Source of the DNA: a bacterium
GTDB taxonomy: Bacteria; Desulfobacterota; DSWW01
Assembly (NCBI GenBank): GCA_040756235.1
Contig: JBFLZG010000134.1
Span: 1 to 64,000 of the forward strand
DNA length: 64,000 nt
Reading direction: 5' to 3'
Position numbers and translations under genes: made by a program. The stretch's first letter is position 1, and each line of letters opens with the position of its first letter. Of this stretch, positions 48,419 to 57,909 are shown piece after piece. The notes below the pieces were generated by a model, which saw only the letters and a program-made list of their open reading frames with translations, was not told the origin of the DNA and did not search any database.

Positions 48419-48763
48419 CGCCAAACGGGTCTCCTTGGCCCCGGCGCCGTCGCATGCGCAGGCGCCGGGGTCTGCCCAGATGCCCCGGACGCCCGGCGTG
48501 ACCCGAGGCGTAGTACGCTGGCGTATTCTTTGAGGACCGGTCGGTCGGCAGCAAAGTGGCGACCCGCAATTAACGTCGGACATTGCGAGGCCCCGGCCGT
48601 GGCAACCTCCAGGTTAGAGGGAGGTCGCCACGCTCGCAATCTGCAGCCGCAGTGGGTGGAAACGCCTGCGGCTTTGTCCACCCTACCGAGTGTTCACGTC
48701 GCTCGCTCTATGTTCTCTGAGGACCCGGCGGACGGCAGCGACGCGGCGCCTGCCCCGATGAAG

Positions 48764-48915
48764 GGTTCCGAAACGCTACTCCAGGAACATGCTTTAGTCG
48801 CTACTATGCGACTGCAAGTCCCCGCCGCCTTCCGCGTCTCGAACCCTGCTACCTCCTCCCCGCAACGTTTTCCTCGACGCCGCCGGTCGGCGCTCCGCCT
48901 GGCACGGCGCTTGCT
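48764..48915 (+). promoter_or_regulatory. sigma54 promoter with paired enhancer sites
   Basis: TGGCACGGCGCTTGCT at 48900; 17-mers at 48764 and 48797. Confidence 0.8.
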
Positions 48916-48941
48916 CCAGCTTGCTGGCGGAGGTGACACGG

Positions 48942-49589
48942 ATGAAAGCGGCCTTTGCGGTCTGGCAGGATCGGATCTCGCCGGTCTTCGATGTCTCGAA
49001 GAGCCTGATCGTGATTGAAGTCGAAAACGGCCGCATCGTGGCGCGAACGCAGGAAGTGATCGAATCCGACGATCCGGTCGTCAAAGTCAGGAATCTCGTC
49101 GAACGGGGCATCCAGGTCCTGGTGTGCGGCGCGGTGTCCCGGCCCCTTGCCGATCTGGCTGCCTTGCAGGGCGTGGGGATGATTTCCTTCACCTCCGGGC
49201 AGGCCGAGGACGTCATCCGTGCCTTTGTGTCGGGGGCTCTGCCCAATGCGGAGATGTCCATGCCAGGATGCTGCGGCTCCCGCACGAGACTCCGGGGCGC
49301 CTGTGTTTCCAGAGGAGATCCGAATTTGTCTTCGGGACCGGTCCCAGAAACGGTCTTCAAGACAGGAAAGGACATGACCATGCCGAGAGGAGACGGAAAG
49401 GGGCCTCAGGGAAGGGGTCCGGGTACGGGCAAAGGGTTTGGTGGCTGCCGCAAGCAAGATCAGGATCCGGCGGGGAGCCAGACCGGCGGCGGACGGGGTT
49501 CCGGCTGCGGCCGCGGCCGCGGAAAGGGCGGCGCTTCAGGTCAGCTGGGAAAGGGCGGAGGAAGCGGCGGGAGGCCCGGAGGCACTTGA
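48942..49589 (+). CDS. NifB/NifX-family protein continuing in frame into a DUF5320-like segment
   Basis: DRISPVFD, LVCGAVS, MPGC; then MPRGDGKGPQG.GPGTG. Confidence 0.75.
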   Translation: MKAAFAVWQDRISPVFDVSKSLIVIEVENGRIVARTQEVIESDDPVVKVRNLVERGIQVLVCGAVSRPLADLAALQGVGMISFTSGQAEDVIRAFVSGALPNAEMSMPGCCGSRTRLRGACVSRGDPNLSSGPVPETVFKTGKDMTMPRGDGKGPQGRGPGTGKGFGGCRKQDQDPAGSQTGGGRGSGCGRGRGKGGASGQLGKGGGSGGRPGGT

Positions 49590-49670
49590 GCGCGATGCGC
49601 ACACAGGATGGCGGCCGGGACCCGGAAGGCACGTCCCCCCTTTCCCGAGGGTGTCGAAAAACACCCTCTT

Positions 49671-49799
49671 GAGAGGCTGGTGCGAAATGCCCAGATGCAA
49701 GGCGCGCGAAATCCCGAGGAATGAGGCGTATATGGGAGTACGCCGCAATGACGAGGGACGAGCGCAACGCCGCAGATGGGCGTTTATCGACAGCCTCTC
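49671..49799. mobile_element. MITE-like element, complete copy
   Basis: GAGAGGCTG...CAGCCTCTC ends; AAATGCCCAGATGCAAGGC and GCAGATGGGCGTTT shared with copy 1. Confidence 0.65.
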
Positions 49800-49858
49800 C
49801 CCCCTGGGGCGTGCCGTCCGGCCTCTCAGCCTGCAAGTCGAGGGAGCGTGAACCAACC

Positions 49859-50218
49859 ATGAAAGTCGCCGTCAGCAGCACCGGTACGACCCTGGAATCT
49901 GCCGTAGACCCGCGCTTCGGCCGGGCACGCCATTTCATCCTTTTCGACACCGAAACGGGCCAGGTGCAAGCAATCGACAACGTCCAGAGCCTGAACTCCG
50001 CTCAAGGCGCAGGGATCCAGTCGGCGGAGACCCTTTCCCGGAGCGGCGCTCGGTGGGTCATCACGGGCCACTGCGGCCCGAAGGCGTTCCGCACCCTGCA
50101 GGCAGCCGGGGTCCAGGTGGTGGTCGGCTTCGAGGGCACGGTCCGGGAGGCCGTCGAACGGTTCCAGGCCGGCGGGCTCCGGCCGTCGCAGGCGGCGGAC
50201 GTGGAAGGGCACTGGTGA
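49859..50218 (+). CDS. NifB/NifX-family Orange-protein-like
   Basis: VDPRFGRA, GAGIQ, TGHCGPKAF, DVEGHW. Confidence 0.88.
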   Translation: MKVAVSSTGTTLESAVDPRFGRARHFILFDTETGQVQAIDNVQSLNSAQGAGIQSAETLSRSGARWVITGHCGPKAFRTLQAAGVQVVVGFEGTVREAVERFQAGGLRPSQAADVEGHW

Positions 50219-50225
50219 GGCGGTC

Positions 50226-51059
50226 ATGATTCTGGCCATCGCCTCGGGGAAGGGGGGCACGGGCAAGACGACCGTGGCGGTCAATCTGGCCAGGACCGTT
50301 CCGGGAGGTGTGCGGCTCCTCGACTGCGACGTGGAAGAGCCGAACTGCCACATCTTTCTCCGTCCCACCGTCGACACGGCCGAGGCTGTGACCGTTCCGG
50401 TTCCGGTGGTGGACGTCGCACGGTGCACGGCCTGCGGCGAGTGCGGGCGGATCTGCCAGTACCACGCCATCGTGTCGCTCAAGACCGAGCCCCTCGTCTT
50501 CCCCGAGATGTGCCACGGCTGCGGGGGGTGCGCCAGGGTCTGTCCGGCCGGCGCGATCACCGAGGTCCCGAGAGAGGTCGGTTCGGTCGAGGTGGGGCGA
50601 GCGAATGGGGTCGGCTTTGTCCGGGGCGTCCTGCGGGTGGGCGAAGCCATGTCCCCGCCGGTCATCCGCGCCGTCCGGCGCCACGCGGCAGCAGAGGGCC
50701 TCACGATCATTGACGCACCCCCGGGCACTTCATGTCCCGTGATCGCAGCGATTCGGGATTCCGACTTCGTGGTGCTCGTCACCGAGCCGACTCCTTTCGG
50801 TTTGAACGATCTCCGCCTTGCGGTGGAGACGGTCAGAGAGCTGAGGCTGCTCTTCGGGGTGGTGGTGAACCGCGCGGACGCGGGGGACGGAAGGGTGCTC
50901 GACTACTGCCGCAGCGAGGGGATCCCGGTCCTGCTGCAGATTCCCGAGGACCGGAGGATCGCCGAGGCGTATTCCCGGGGCGAAGCGGCCGTGGACGCGC
51001 TGCCCCAGTGCCGCGCTCTCTTCTTGCAGCTGTACGAAGAGGTATGCAGGACGGTGTGA
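50226..51059 (+). CDS. MinD-like ATPase with inserted ferredoxin
   Basis: SGKGGTGKT, DCDVEEPN, two 4Fe-4S motifs, DAPPGTSCP, TEPTPFG. Confidence 0.9.
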   Translation: MILAIASGKGGTGKTTVAVNLARTVPGGVRLLDCDVEEPNCHIFLRPTVDTAEAVTVPVPVVDVARCTACGECGRICQYHAIVSLKTEPLVFPEMCHGCGGCARVCPAGAITEVPREVGSVEVGRANGVGFVRGVLRVGEAMSPPVIRAVRRHAAAEGLTIIDAPPGTSCPVIAAIRDSDFVVLVTEPTPFGLNDLRLAVETVRELRLLFGVVVNRADAGDGRVLDYCRSEGIPVLLQIPEDRRIAEAYSRGEAAVDALPQCRALFLQLYEEVCRTV

Positions 51060-51087
51060 CGCGCGGGGCGGAACGGCGGAGGGCCCT

Positions 51088-51327
51088 ATGCAGAACGTCG
51101 ACTACGAGTGCCACAGGTGCGGCTTGCGCTTCGAGCTGGTCCAAATCGATGCCGGCGAACCCATCCGGCGATGCCCGAAATGCGGGGGGAGCGTGCGGCG
51201 CCTGTCCTCTCCCTGCGACGAGATGACCTCCCGATCCGAGCCGAGCGGCGGCGGAGAGCCGGCTGCGGTCGAGGCCGTGCCGGGCGGTTTCAGAGACGAG
51301 ACCTTTTCCATAGGCAGGGACCGGTGA
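51088..51327 (+). CDS. FmdB-like zinc-ribbon protein
   Basis: YECHRCG..FE, CPKCG. Confidence 0.7.
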   Translation: MQNVDYECHRCGLRFELVQIDAGEPIRRCPKCGGSVRRLSSPCDEMTSRSEPSGGGEPAAVEAVPGGFRDETFSIGRDR

Positions 51328-52214
51328 TGAGAGAGCTGGTGGTCATCAGCGGCAAGGGTGGAACCGGAAAGACCAGCATCGTCGCATCCTTCGCGCTGCT
51401 TGCCGGGGAGGCGGTCCTGGCCGACTGCGACGTCGACGCGGCGGACCTCCATCTCGTCCTCTGCCCGGAGGTGAAGCGGCGGGAGACCTTCCGGAGCGGG
51501 CACGAGGCGGTCATCCGGCCCGAGAGGTGCACGGGCTGCGGCGCGTGCCTGGATCTGTGCCGGTACGAGGCCGTCAAGCGCTCCGAGAACGGCCGGGCTG
51601 GCCCCCGGTTCCGGATCGATCCCGTGGGGTGCGAGGGCTGTGGCGTCTGCGTGCACTTCTGCCCGGAAAAGGCGATCGATTTTCCAGAGCGGCTGTGCGG
51701 AGAGTGGTTCGTCTCCGCTACGCGCTGCGGCCCCATGGTGCACGCCCGGCTCGGCATTGCCGCGGAGAACTCGGGCAAGCTGGTCTCCCTGGTCAGAAGG
51801 GAAGCGAAAGAGATCTGCGAGCGGGAAGGCAGAACGCTCGTCCTGGTGGACGGACCGCCCGGGATCGGCTGCCCGGTCATCGCGTCCATCACCGGCGCCA
51901 CGCAGGTGCTGGTCGTCACCGAGCCGACCCTGAGCGGCGAGCACGACCTGGAACGCGTGCTTGTCCTGGCGCGGCACTTCGCGATTCCGGCAGCCGTATG
52001 CGTGAACAAGTGGGATCTGAACCCCGCCCTGACCCGTCAGATCGAAGAGAGGGCGCAGGCCAGGGGGGCCTTGGCGGCCGGACGCGTGCGGTACGACCCT
52101 GGAGTCACCAAGGCCCAGATCCTCGGCCGGGCCGTGGTCGAGCACGGGGGGCCTTCTGCGGACGACATCCGGCTCCTGTGGAACGGGCTGCAAGGATGGG
52201 ACAGCGATCGCTGA
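51327..52214 (+). CDS. Second MinD-like ATPase with inserted ferredoxin
   Basis: SGKGGTGKT, DCDVDA, two 4Fe-4S motifs, DGPPGIGCP. Confidence 0.9.
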   Translation: MRELVVISGKGGTGKTSIVASFALLAGEAVLADCDVDAADLHLVLCPEVKRRETFRSGHEAVIRPERCTGCGACLDLCRYEAVKRSENGRAGPRFRIDPVGCEGCGVCVHFCPEKAIDFPERLCGEWFVSATRCGPMVHARLGIAAENSGKLVSLVRREAKEICEREGRTLVLVDGPPGIGCPVIASITGATQVLVVTEPTLSGEHDLERVLVLARHFAIPAAVCVNKWDLNPALTRQIEERAQARGALAAGRVRYDPGVTKAQILGRAVVEHGGPSADDIRLLWNGLQGWDSDR

Positions 52215-52263
52215 GAAAAGCAGGACAGGAACAGGGAAAGAGAGGAAGGAGGAAGCGGCAACC

Positions 52264-53196
52264 ATGAGTAAGAAGAAGGAGGAGGAGTGCAAACCCGGTC
52301 AGGCATGCGAGACCTGCGGCGAAACGGGCCAGTGCTCCGAAAAGGAGAAGCAGGAGCACGAGGAAAAGCGTCTCAAGGAAAGCCTGGATCGCATCCGGCA
52401 CAGGATCGTCGTCATGAGCGGCAAAGGCGGCGTGGGGAAGAGCACGGTGGCGGCCAACCTGGCTGCCGCGCTCGCGGCGGAAGGCTATCAGGTCGGGGTC
52501 CTCGACGCGGACATTCACGGGCCCAACATCCCCAGGATGCTCGGCGTGGACCTCCACCCGCTCCTGGGGACCGAGAGGGGGCTGCGCCCGGTCGAGGCCA
52601 TGACCAACCTGAAAGTCATCTCCATGGCCCTGATCTCCAAAGACTCGGATGCGCCCATCGTCTGGAGGGGGCCGATCAAGCATACCGTGATCAAGCAGTT
52701 TCTGGCGGACGTGGACTGGGGTCCCCTGGACTACCTCGTGGTGGACCTGCCGCCCGGCACCGGCGACGAGCCGCTCAGCGTGGCGCACATCCTCGAGAAG
52801 GTGGACGGCTCGGTCATCGTGACGACGCCTCAGGACGTGGCCCTGCTCGATTCGCGCAAGGCCGTGGGTTTCAGCCGGCTCGTCCAGATTCCGCCTCTCG
52901 GAATCGTGGAGAACATGAGCGGCATGGTCTGCCCGCACTGCGGCAAGGCGATCGATCTATTCAAGGTCGGAGGCGGGGAACAGGCGGCGCGGGAGCTCGG
53001 AGTCCCGTTTCTGGGGCGGATTCCCATCGACCCGGAGGTGGTCCTCCTGTGCGATGCCGGCAAACCCATTGTGTGGAACCTGCCGGAGTCGGCTGCGGCC
53101 AAGGCCTTTCAGGACCTGGCCCGGACGATCTCGGATCAGATGGAAACGGAATCGATCGGCGCGAAGCGTGTGAAAGAAGGAGGTTCGAAAAGATGA
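52264..53196 (+). CDS. mrp: Mrp/NBP35 (ApbC) Fe-S carrier ATPase
   Basis: GKGGVGKST, DADIHGP, WRGP, DLPPGTGD, ENMS..CPHC. Confidence 0.93.
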   Translation: MSKKKEEECKPGQACETCGETGQCSEKEKQEHEEKRLKESLDRIRHRIVVMSGKGGVGKSTVAANLAAALAAEGYQVGVLDADIHGPNIPRMLGVDLHPLLGTERGLRPVEAMTNLKVISMALISKDSDAPIVWRGPIKHTVIKQFLADVDWGPLDYLVVDLPPGTGDEPLSVAHILEKVDGSVIVTTPQDVALLDSRKAVGFSRLVQIPPLGIVENMSGMVCPHCGKAIDLFKVGGGEQAARELGVPFLGRIPIDPEVVLLCDAGKPIVWNLPESAAAKAFQDLARTISDQMETESIGAKRVKEGGSKR

Positions 53197-53525
53197 AGTT
53201 CGCAATTCCCCTGGCGGATGGTGTGCTCTGCATGCATTTCGGTCACTGCCAGCAGTTTGCGCTGCTGGCGGTGGACGGCAACAAAGTGGTGGGCAAGGAG
53301 CTGGTGACGCCGCCTCCGCACGAGCCCGGCGTGCTGCCTCAGTGGCTGCACGGGCTCGGCGTCAAAATCGTGATCGCGGGGGGCATGGGCCAGCGGGCCG
53401 TCCAGTTCTTCAATGAATACGGGATCCAGGTGGTCACCGGGGCCCCTGCGCTGACTCCCGACCGGCTGGTCGAGCAGTACCTCGAGCAGAGCCTCGAGAC
53501 CGGCCCCAACGTCTGCGACCACTGA
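53193..53525 (+). CDS. NifB/NifX-family protein
   Basis: HFGHC, PPPHEPG, GGMG, NVCDH. Confidence 0.88.
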   Translation: MKFAIPLADGVLCMHFGHCQQFALLAVDGNKVVGKELVTPPPHEPGVLPQWLHGLGVKIVIAGGMGQRAVQFFNEYGIQVVTGAPALTPDRLVEQYLEQSLETGPNVCDH

Positions 53526-53610
53526 GCCCGGACCGGGTCCGGGCGAGGCCCGGGCCCGGGTCTCTCATTTCATGCAACCGCACTTGGTGCATTCTGAGTA
53601 CAGGCTGTTT

Positions 53611-53708
53611 CCCCCCTCACCCTGGCCCTCTCCCCCTGCGGGGGCGAGGGTATTCCAGACAGCCTCTTTCTCCTCTCCCCTCCGAGGGGAGAGGAGAAAG
53701 GTGAGGGG
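53611..53708. repeat. REP-like paired hairpins
   Basis: Same family as 8281. Confidence 0.7.
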
Positions 53709-53737
53709 TGATTCAGGCCTGTATGGGAGAGAAGCAC

Positions 53738-54094
53738 ATGACGAGAATCGCGATCTTGGGCTGCAAGCGGATCCAGGACCAACTGTGCATCGCGTGCGCG
53801 AAATGCCTCAAGGCGATCCGGAAGAAGGAAGGGGAGTTCGCGCGCTACGCGGAGGAGATCGACCTGGTCGCCCTGGCAGCCTGCGGGGATTGCCCGGGGC
53901 TGATCATCCCCAAGATCAAGCTCATGAGAGAGATAGCCTCCGGCCTGGATCGGGATTTCGACGTGATCCATCTCGGGACCTGCATCGTGAACGCGAAGAA
54001 GACGGGCAAGTGCCCCCTGGATTTCGATCAGCTCCCCGCTCTGGTGAAGGAGAAATTCGGGAAAGAGCTCGTCCTGGGGACGCATCCGTATTGA
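53738..54094 (+). CDS. CGGC-domain protein
   Basis: C..CAKC, CGDCPG, HLGTC, CP, GTH. Confidence 0.8.
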   Translation: MTRIAILGCKRIQDQLCIACAKCLKAIRKKEGEFARYAEEIDLVALAACGDCPGLIIPKIKLMREIASGLDRDFDVIHLGTCIVNAKKTGKCPLDFDQLPALVKEKFGKELVLGTHPY

Positions 54095-54296
54095 TTTGGG
54101 CGGGCACGTCCGAACGGTAGGTCGGAACGCCTGGTGAGGATCGGCCGCCCCGGTTCCGGAGGAGCTCGACCATTTCACCCATGTGCGGTCCTCTCGTCCT
54201 GGCTTACTCTCTTCACCTCGAGGCCCGCGAGGGCTGGCCCCCGAAGTCCCGCCGGCTGCCCAGCAGGCCGGCACCCCGGTCTTCCCACGGAACAGG

Positions 54297-54448
54297 GTCT
54301 CGGAAATGCTACTCCCCGCCTGCGGCAAGGGTCGCACTTTGCCCCTGTGAGCTCCCCCGCTTGCGCTCCCGAGCCGTGCAAGACCCTCTGTGCAATCTGT
54401 TTCTTCAGGCCGGAAACGGAAGCGTCCTGCCTTGGCACGGCCGTTGCT
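54297..54448 (+). promoter_or_regulatory. sigma54 promoter with paired enhancer sites
   Basis: TGGCACGGCCGTTGCT at 54433; 17-mers at 54297 and 54330. Confidence 0.8.
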
Positions 54449-54502
54449 CGTCGAAAAGGGAGGCCCTTGAGGCGGGGAAGGAACGGTGTGGGAGGGACGC
54501 CC

Positions 54503-54790
54503 GTGCAGACGGTCGAGTACGAATGCCACAGGTGCGGGTTGCGTTTCGAGCTGGTCCAGGTCGATGCGAGCGACCCCATCCGGAGGTGCCCGAAGTGCGC
54601 GGGCAGCGTGCGCCGTCTGGACTCCCTGTGCGACGAGATGAATTCGGGGTCTGAACGTAGCGCCCAGGGGCTGCCGATTCCGGGTCGATCCGTCCCCGAC
54701 GGTTTCCCGGCTTCAAGAGAGACGGCGGGGGCTCTGCCCAGCGAGCCGTGCACCGTTGCGCCACGGGGTCCGGAGGAGGGCGAGAAATGA
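54503..54790 (+). CDS. FmdB-like zinc-ribbon protein, paralog of 51088
   Basis: YECHRCGLRFELVQ, CPKC; GTG start after GGAGG. Confidence 0.7.
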   Translation: MQTVEYECHRCGLRFELVQVDASDPIRRCPKCAGSVRRLDSLCDEMNSGSERSAQGLPIPGRSVPDGFPASRETAGALPSEPCTVAPRGPEEGEK

Positions 54791-55722
54791 AGGAGCGCAC
54801 TTTCCGCTGTGTATTCGGTCCCGTCCCGTCCCGCAGGCTGGGACGCTCCCTGGGGGTAGACCTCGTACCGTACAAGGTCTGCACCTACGACTGCATTTAC
54901 TGCCAGCTCGGAAGGACGACGATCCGGACAGCGGAGCGCGCCGAATACGTGACCCCGAGCGTTGTCCTCTCCGAGCTGGACGACAGGCTCCAGGCAGGCC
55001 CGGCCCCCGATTTCGTGACTCTGTCCGGGAGCGGCGAGCCCACGCTCCACTCCGGGCTCGGCGAGCTCATCCCCTCGATCAAGCGGCACACCGGGCTTCC
55101 CTTGGCCGTTCTCACGAACGGCTCGCTCCTCTGGGATGCGCGCGTTCGGGAGGAGCTGGCCGAGGCGGATGTCGTCCTGCCTTCTCTCGACGCCGGGGAT
55201 GCGCAGCTGTTCCGATACGTCAACCGGCCTCACCCTTCGATCGGTTTCGAGCAAATGGTTCGGGGCCTGGAGGACTTCCGCAAAGGGTTCTTCGGTAGGA
55301 TCTGGCTCGAGGTCTTTCTCCTGGCCGGCGTGACGGCCATGAAAAAGGAAGTCATGAGGATCGCCGAAATCGCCGCCGGCATCAGGCCGGATCGAATTCA
55401 CCTGAATACCGTGTCCCGCCCGCCCGCAGAGGGGATCGTCCACCCGGCGTCTCCCGAGCAGATGCACCGACTGGCCGCCGCCTTCGGCGGCCTGGCCGAG
55501 GTCATCGGGAGCTTCGCGGGCGACTGCGGTCCGGTCGAGGCGACCGCCTCGGAGCAGAGGATCCTCGACCTCATTCGAAGGCGCCCGTGTGCCGTGGACG
55601 ACATCGCCGAGGGTCTCACGCTCCATCCCCTGCAGGTCCTCAAGCTGGCGGAACGGCTCGTGAGGGCCGGGCGTGCCTCCACCACCTGTCTGGGCAGCGA
55701 GACTTTCTACGTGAGCAGGTAG
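54787..55722 (+). CDS. Radical SAM protein
   Basis: FGPVPSRRLGRSLG, CTYDCIYC, GSGEPTL. Confidence 0.9.
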   Translation: MKERTFRCVFGPVPSRRLGRSLGVDLVPYKVCTYDCIYCQLGRTTIRTAERAEYVTPSVVLSELDDRLQAGPAPDFVTLSGSGEPTLHSGLGELIPSIKRHTGLPLAVLTNGSLLWDARVREELAEADVVLPSLDAGDAQLFRYVNRPHPSIGFEQMVRGLEDFRKGFFGRIWLEVFLLAGVTAMKKEVMRIAEIAAGIRPDRIHLNTVSRPPAEGIVHPASPEQMHRLAAAFGGLAEVIGSFAGDCGPVEATASEQRILDLIRRRPCAVDDIAEGLTLHPLQVLKLAERLVRAGRASTTCLGSETFYVSR

Positions 55723-55855
55723 GGCCTGTCCTCCCGAGCAACGAGGCGTACATGGAAGCCCGGGCGAGTTGCGGCCGGATCCTGCCGCCGTCGCGGCGGC
55801 CGGAGGCAGGCCGTTCCGGTGGTGCGGATCCGAAACGGGCCGCGCGGCGGCGCCT

Positions 55856-56356
55856 TCACCCTTTCTCGATGAACAGGATCTCGCAGTAGGGGTCGCCGGC
55901 GGTCATCAGCTTGTTGTGCCGGATCTCGATCGCCGGGTTTACGATCCTGGCCGCCTCCTCCTCGAAGCACCCCATGGCCCTGCAGAAGCTCGGCGGTATG
56001 TCGAGATTCGGGAACCAGAGGCAGGGAGGGTGCAGCCGATAGCTGACGACCCCGGGCTCAGGCCGCGAGAGCTCGGCCCGGTACCCGATGATGTCGCCGG
56101 TGGCCAGCTTGAAATAGCTGGCCAGGGACCAGGCATCTTTGCCGTCCAGGCCGAATGAGCTGAGAGCGGGCACGACGAACCTTCTGGCGTTGCCCCGCAT
56201 GAACTCCGCGAGGATGGCGGCGGTCTTCTCCTCGCCCAGCTCGGCGTGCAGGGTCTTGACCAGGTGCTCGAAGTACCTCCAGGCAGTCTTGCTCGAGGCC
56301 TTGGCCTTTCTGAGCTCCGGCCACTCCTTTTCCGAAAGCTGCGGGTACGGATCCAC
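55856..56356 (-). CDS. Hypothetical protein, V4R/ATC-hydrolase-like
   Basis: AGGAGG RBS; PCLW..FC..NP..MTAGDPYCE. Confidence 0.55.
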   Translation of the reverse strand: MDPYPQLSEKEWPELRKAKASSKTAWRYFEHLVKTLHAELGEEKTAAILAEFMRGNARRFVVPALSSFGLDGKDAWSLASYFKLATGDIIGYRAELSRPEPGVVSYRLHPPCLWFPNLDIPPSFCRAMGCFEEEAARIVNPAIEIRHNKLMTAGDPYCEILFIEKG

Positions 56357-56808
56357 GACGCACCTCCTGATGCTGCGGTTGTGGGCCATCCTCGGAACAT
56401 GCATATTTCTGACCAGGGGTCTCCTCCAAGGCGATCGAGCATGCACGAAACCCCAGGAACAAGGGCCTGCCGGCGGATCCGGATCCTCCCGGTGCTCTAC
56501 TACTCCAGGCCGTATGCGCCGTCAATCTCGCAGCCCGGATCGTGTCAGGGGTTGGTCTTGGATGTCGGGTCCGGAGCTCGAGATCCGAGTCTCCGGCCGG
56601 CTGTAGAAGCCATTATGGACAGAAAACCTTAGACGGGCTCTACTGCCCGCCTGACCCGCCCGCACGGGCCGCCGGTTGGCGAGGGCCCCGTCTTCACTCT
56701 CCCGCGCCCCCTGTGGTACCCTGTGTTCTTCTACGCTGCGGGACGGGCGCAGCCGCCAGGCGCGCCCCCCTCCTATCGAGTCGCCACTGATCCACGAGGG
56801 AACAGGAG

Positions 56809-57909
56809 ATGCCAGAAGAAACGAAGCCGGTCATGGTGCTTGGAGCGGGCGCGGCGGGTCTCACGGCCGCCCTCGCCCTGGCCCGGAACCGGATCCCCGT
56901 CGTTCTTGTGGAGAGGGAAAGCGTGCTCGGAGGCCAGGCGGGCAGGTGGGCCTGCATGGCGACCGAGCGCTGTGAGAAATGTTCTTCCTGCCTGGTCGGA
57001 GACACGAAGGCGGCCGTTCTGAAAGAAGCGGGGATCCGGATCGTCACCCGGGCCGCGCTCGAGTCCGCCTCCCGGAAGAACGGCGGCCTCCGGGTCTCCA
57101 TCGCGCCGGTCGAGGCGGCGGCGTGCAACGGGGGGCTGCCTCCCGAGAGCTCGGAGGGGGAGCCCCTTGCGAAGAGCGTGAATTTGAACGTGGACGCGCT
57201 GTTCGTTGCGACCGGCTTCGAGCCGTTCCCGGCCCGAGGCAAGCCGATGCTGCGCTACGGGGAGCTCGGGGCGGTCGTCACGACCGTCGACCTGGATGCC
57301 GCCCTGCGGGAGGACCGCATCGGATCGCTCGCCGGGGCCTCGGATCCCAAGCTCCGGGTCGCTTTCCTCCAATGCGTGGGATCCAGAGACCGGGAGGCGG
57401 GCCGGGATTACTGCTCTCAGGTCTGCTGCAAGACTTCTCTGAGGATGGCGGCCCGGCTCCTGCACGAGAAGCCGGAGTGGGAGATCACGGTCTTCTATAT
57501 CGACCTCCAGGTCATGGGCAAGGGCTTCCGGAGCTTTCAGCGGTCCCTCGAAGGCCGTGTCCGCTTCGTCCAGGGGGTGCCCGCGGAGGTGCTCGAGGCA
57601 GAGGGGGGCCAGGCGGCGCTCGTATTCGAAGATCCGGTCCAAGGGGCCGTGCGGACCGAGACGTTCGGGCTCGTCGTCCTGGCGGTGGGCATGCTGCCGG
57701 GAAGAGACACGGCCGATCTCGCCGGGCGCCTCGGGCTGCCCGTGCAAAAGGGAGGGTTCTTCCGCAAAGCCTGGGGAGAGAACGACTCGCGCGTGTACAG
57801 CTTCGGCGCGTGCTGCGCTCCCACGGACATCCCGGGAGCGCGGAGGGAGGCCATGGCTGCGGTCGGAAGGTATCTGGCAGCAGGGAGGAGCTCGCGGGAT
57901 GAGCGGTGA
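56809..57909 (+). CDS. Short HdrA/QmoA-like flavoprotein
   Basis: GAGAAG, ATG, QCVGSRD..YCSQVCC, FYIDLQ. Confidence 0.82.
   Translation: MPEETKPVMVLGAGAAGLTAALALARNRIPVVLVERESVLGGQAGRWACMATERCEKCSSCLVGDTKAAVLKEAGIRIVTRAALESASRKNGGLRVSIAPVEAAACNGGLPPESSEGEPLAKSVNLNVDALFVATGFEPFPARGKPMLRYGELGAVVTTVDLDAALREDRIGSLAGASDPKLRVAFLQCVGSRDREAGRDYCSQVCCKTSLRMAARLLHEKPEWEITVFYIDLQVMGKGFRSFQRSLEGRVRFVQGVPAEVLEAEGGQAALVFEDPVQGAVRTETFGLVVLAVGMLPGRDTADLAGRLGLPVQKGGFFRKAWGENDSRVYSFGACCAPTDIPGARREAMAAVGRYLAAGRSSRDER

Noticed and set aside
52264..53525. Mrp-NifX fusion protein
   Set aside because: Different frames with an ATGA overlap; two genes
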